Shown: piece by piece, positions 63,833 through 64,000 of the stretch
Numbering within the stretch: position 1 is the stretch's first letter
How the letters are laid out: every line of letters starts with the position of its first letter
Origin: Lama glama
Taxonomy: Eukaryota
NCBI GenBank assembly: GCA_028534125.1
Contig: CM052816.1
Coordinates: 53,446,001-53,510,000 of the forward strand
DNA: 64,000 nucleotides
Reading direction: 5' to 3'
Made by a program: the position numbers and the translations under genes
Notes under the pieces: model-generated
Seen by the model: only the letters and a program-made list of their open reading frames with translations
The model's database searches: none
What the model was told of the DNA's origin: nothing

Positions 63833-64000
63833 GTAAAGGTGATTATTAGAAAAAAATTAAACAGATTTTCTGTCTGCCCAGACTAATATCATTTAGAGTT
63901 AATCTTAAAAATTGAGTTGTTCCATGAACTGTGAAGAAAAACATAACTTGTTAAAACCAATCTAGTTTTACCTAGAGAGGCCCACTCAATGGATTGGCTA

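Noticed and set aside
61010..64000. Neighbouring convergent gene (SCAMP1 in human synteny)
   Set aside because: No exon recognisable here; mostly L2/MIR and AT-rich intergenic sequence
1..64000. CRISPR arrays, operons or other prokaryotic-type systems
   Set aside because: The sequence is mammalian; short duplications have only 2-4 units and no repeat-spacer array

Overview
Mammalian genomic DNA, very probably camelid (alpaca/camel-type), judged from a Vic-1-like tRNA-derived SINE and camelid-type L1 3' tails. It holds the 3' part of one + strand gene, LHFPL2 (LHFPL tetraspan subfamily member 2). Bases 1-38760 are most likely a long 5'-UTR intron, with the upstream non-coding exons outside the window. 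A CpG-island exon at 38761-39400 carries the start codon (38971). A ~17.4 kb phase-1 intron follows. The last exon (56811 to ~61010) has the rest of the 228-aa CDS (stop 57065-57067) and a ~3.9 kb 3' UTR. The rest is ordinary mammalian repeat content (L1, L2, MIR, MLT1, two ERV1-type solo LTRs with 4-bp TSDs, Tigger/MER DNA transposons, microsatellites) plus two 500-N assembly gaps. Repeat family names are recalled from consensus sequences, not from a search. I found no convincing previously undescribed biological system. The best leads concern LHFPL2 expression control: an overlapping stop/start uORF pair, a 39-nt candidate exon in an antisense LTR carrying ATG-TAG, candidate poison and truncating cassette exons in the coding intron, an AG|GT recursive-splice-like junction behind a G-quadruplex, twin miR-25/92 sites, and several transcription-factor motif clusters. 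All are untested hypotheses from sequence alone.
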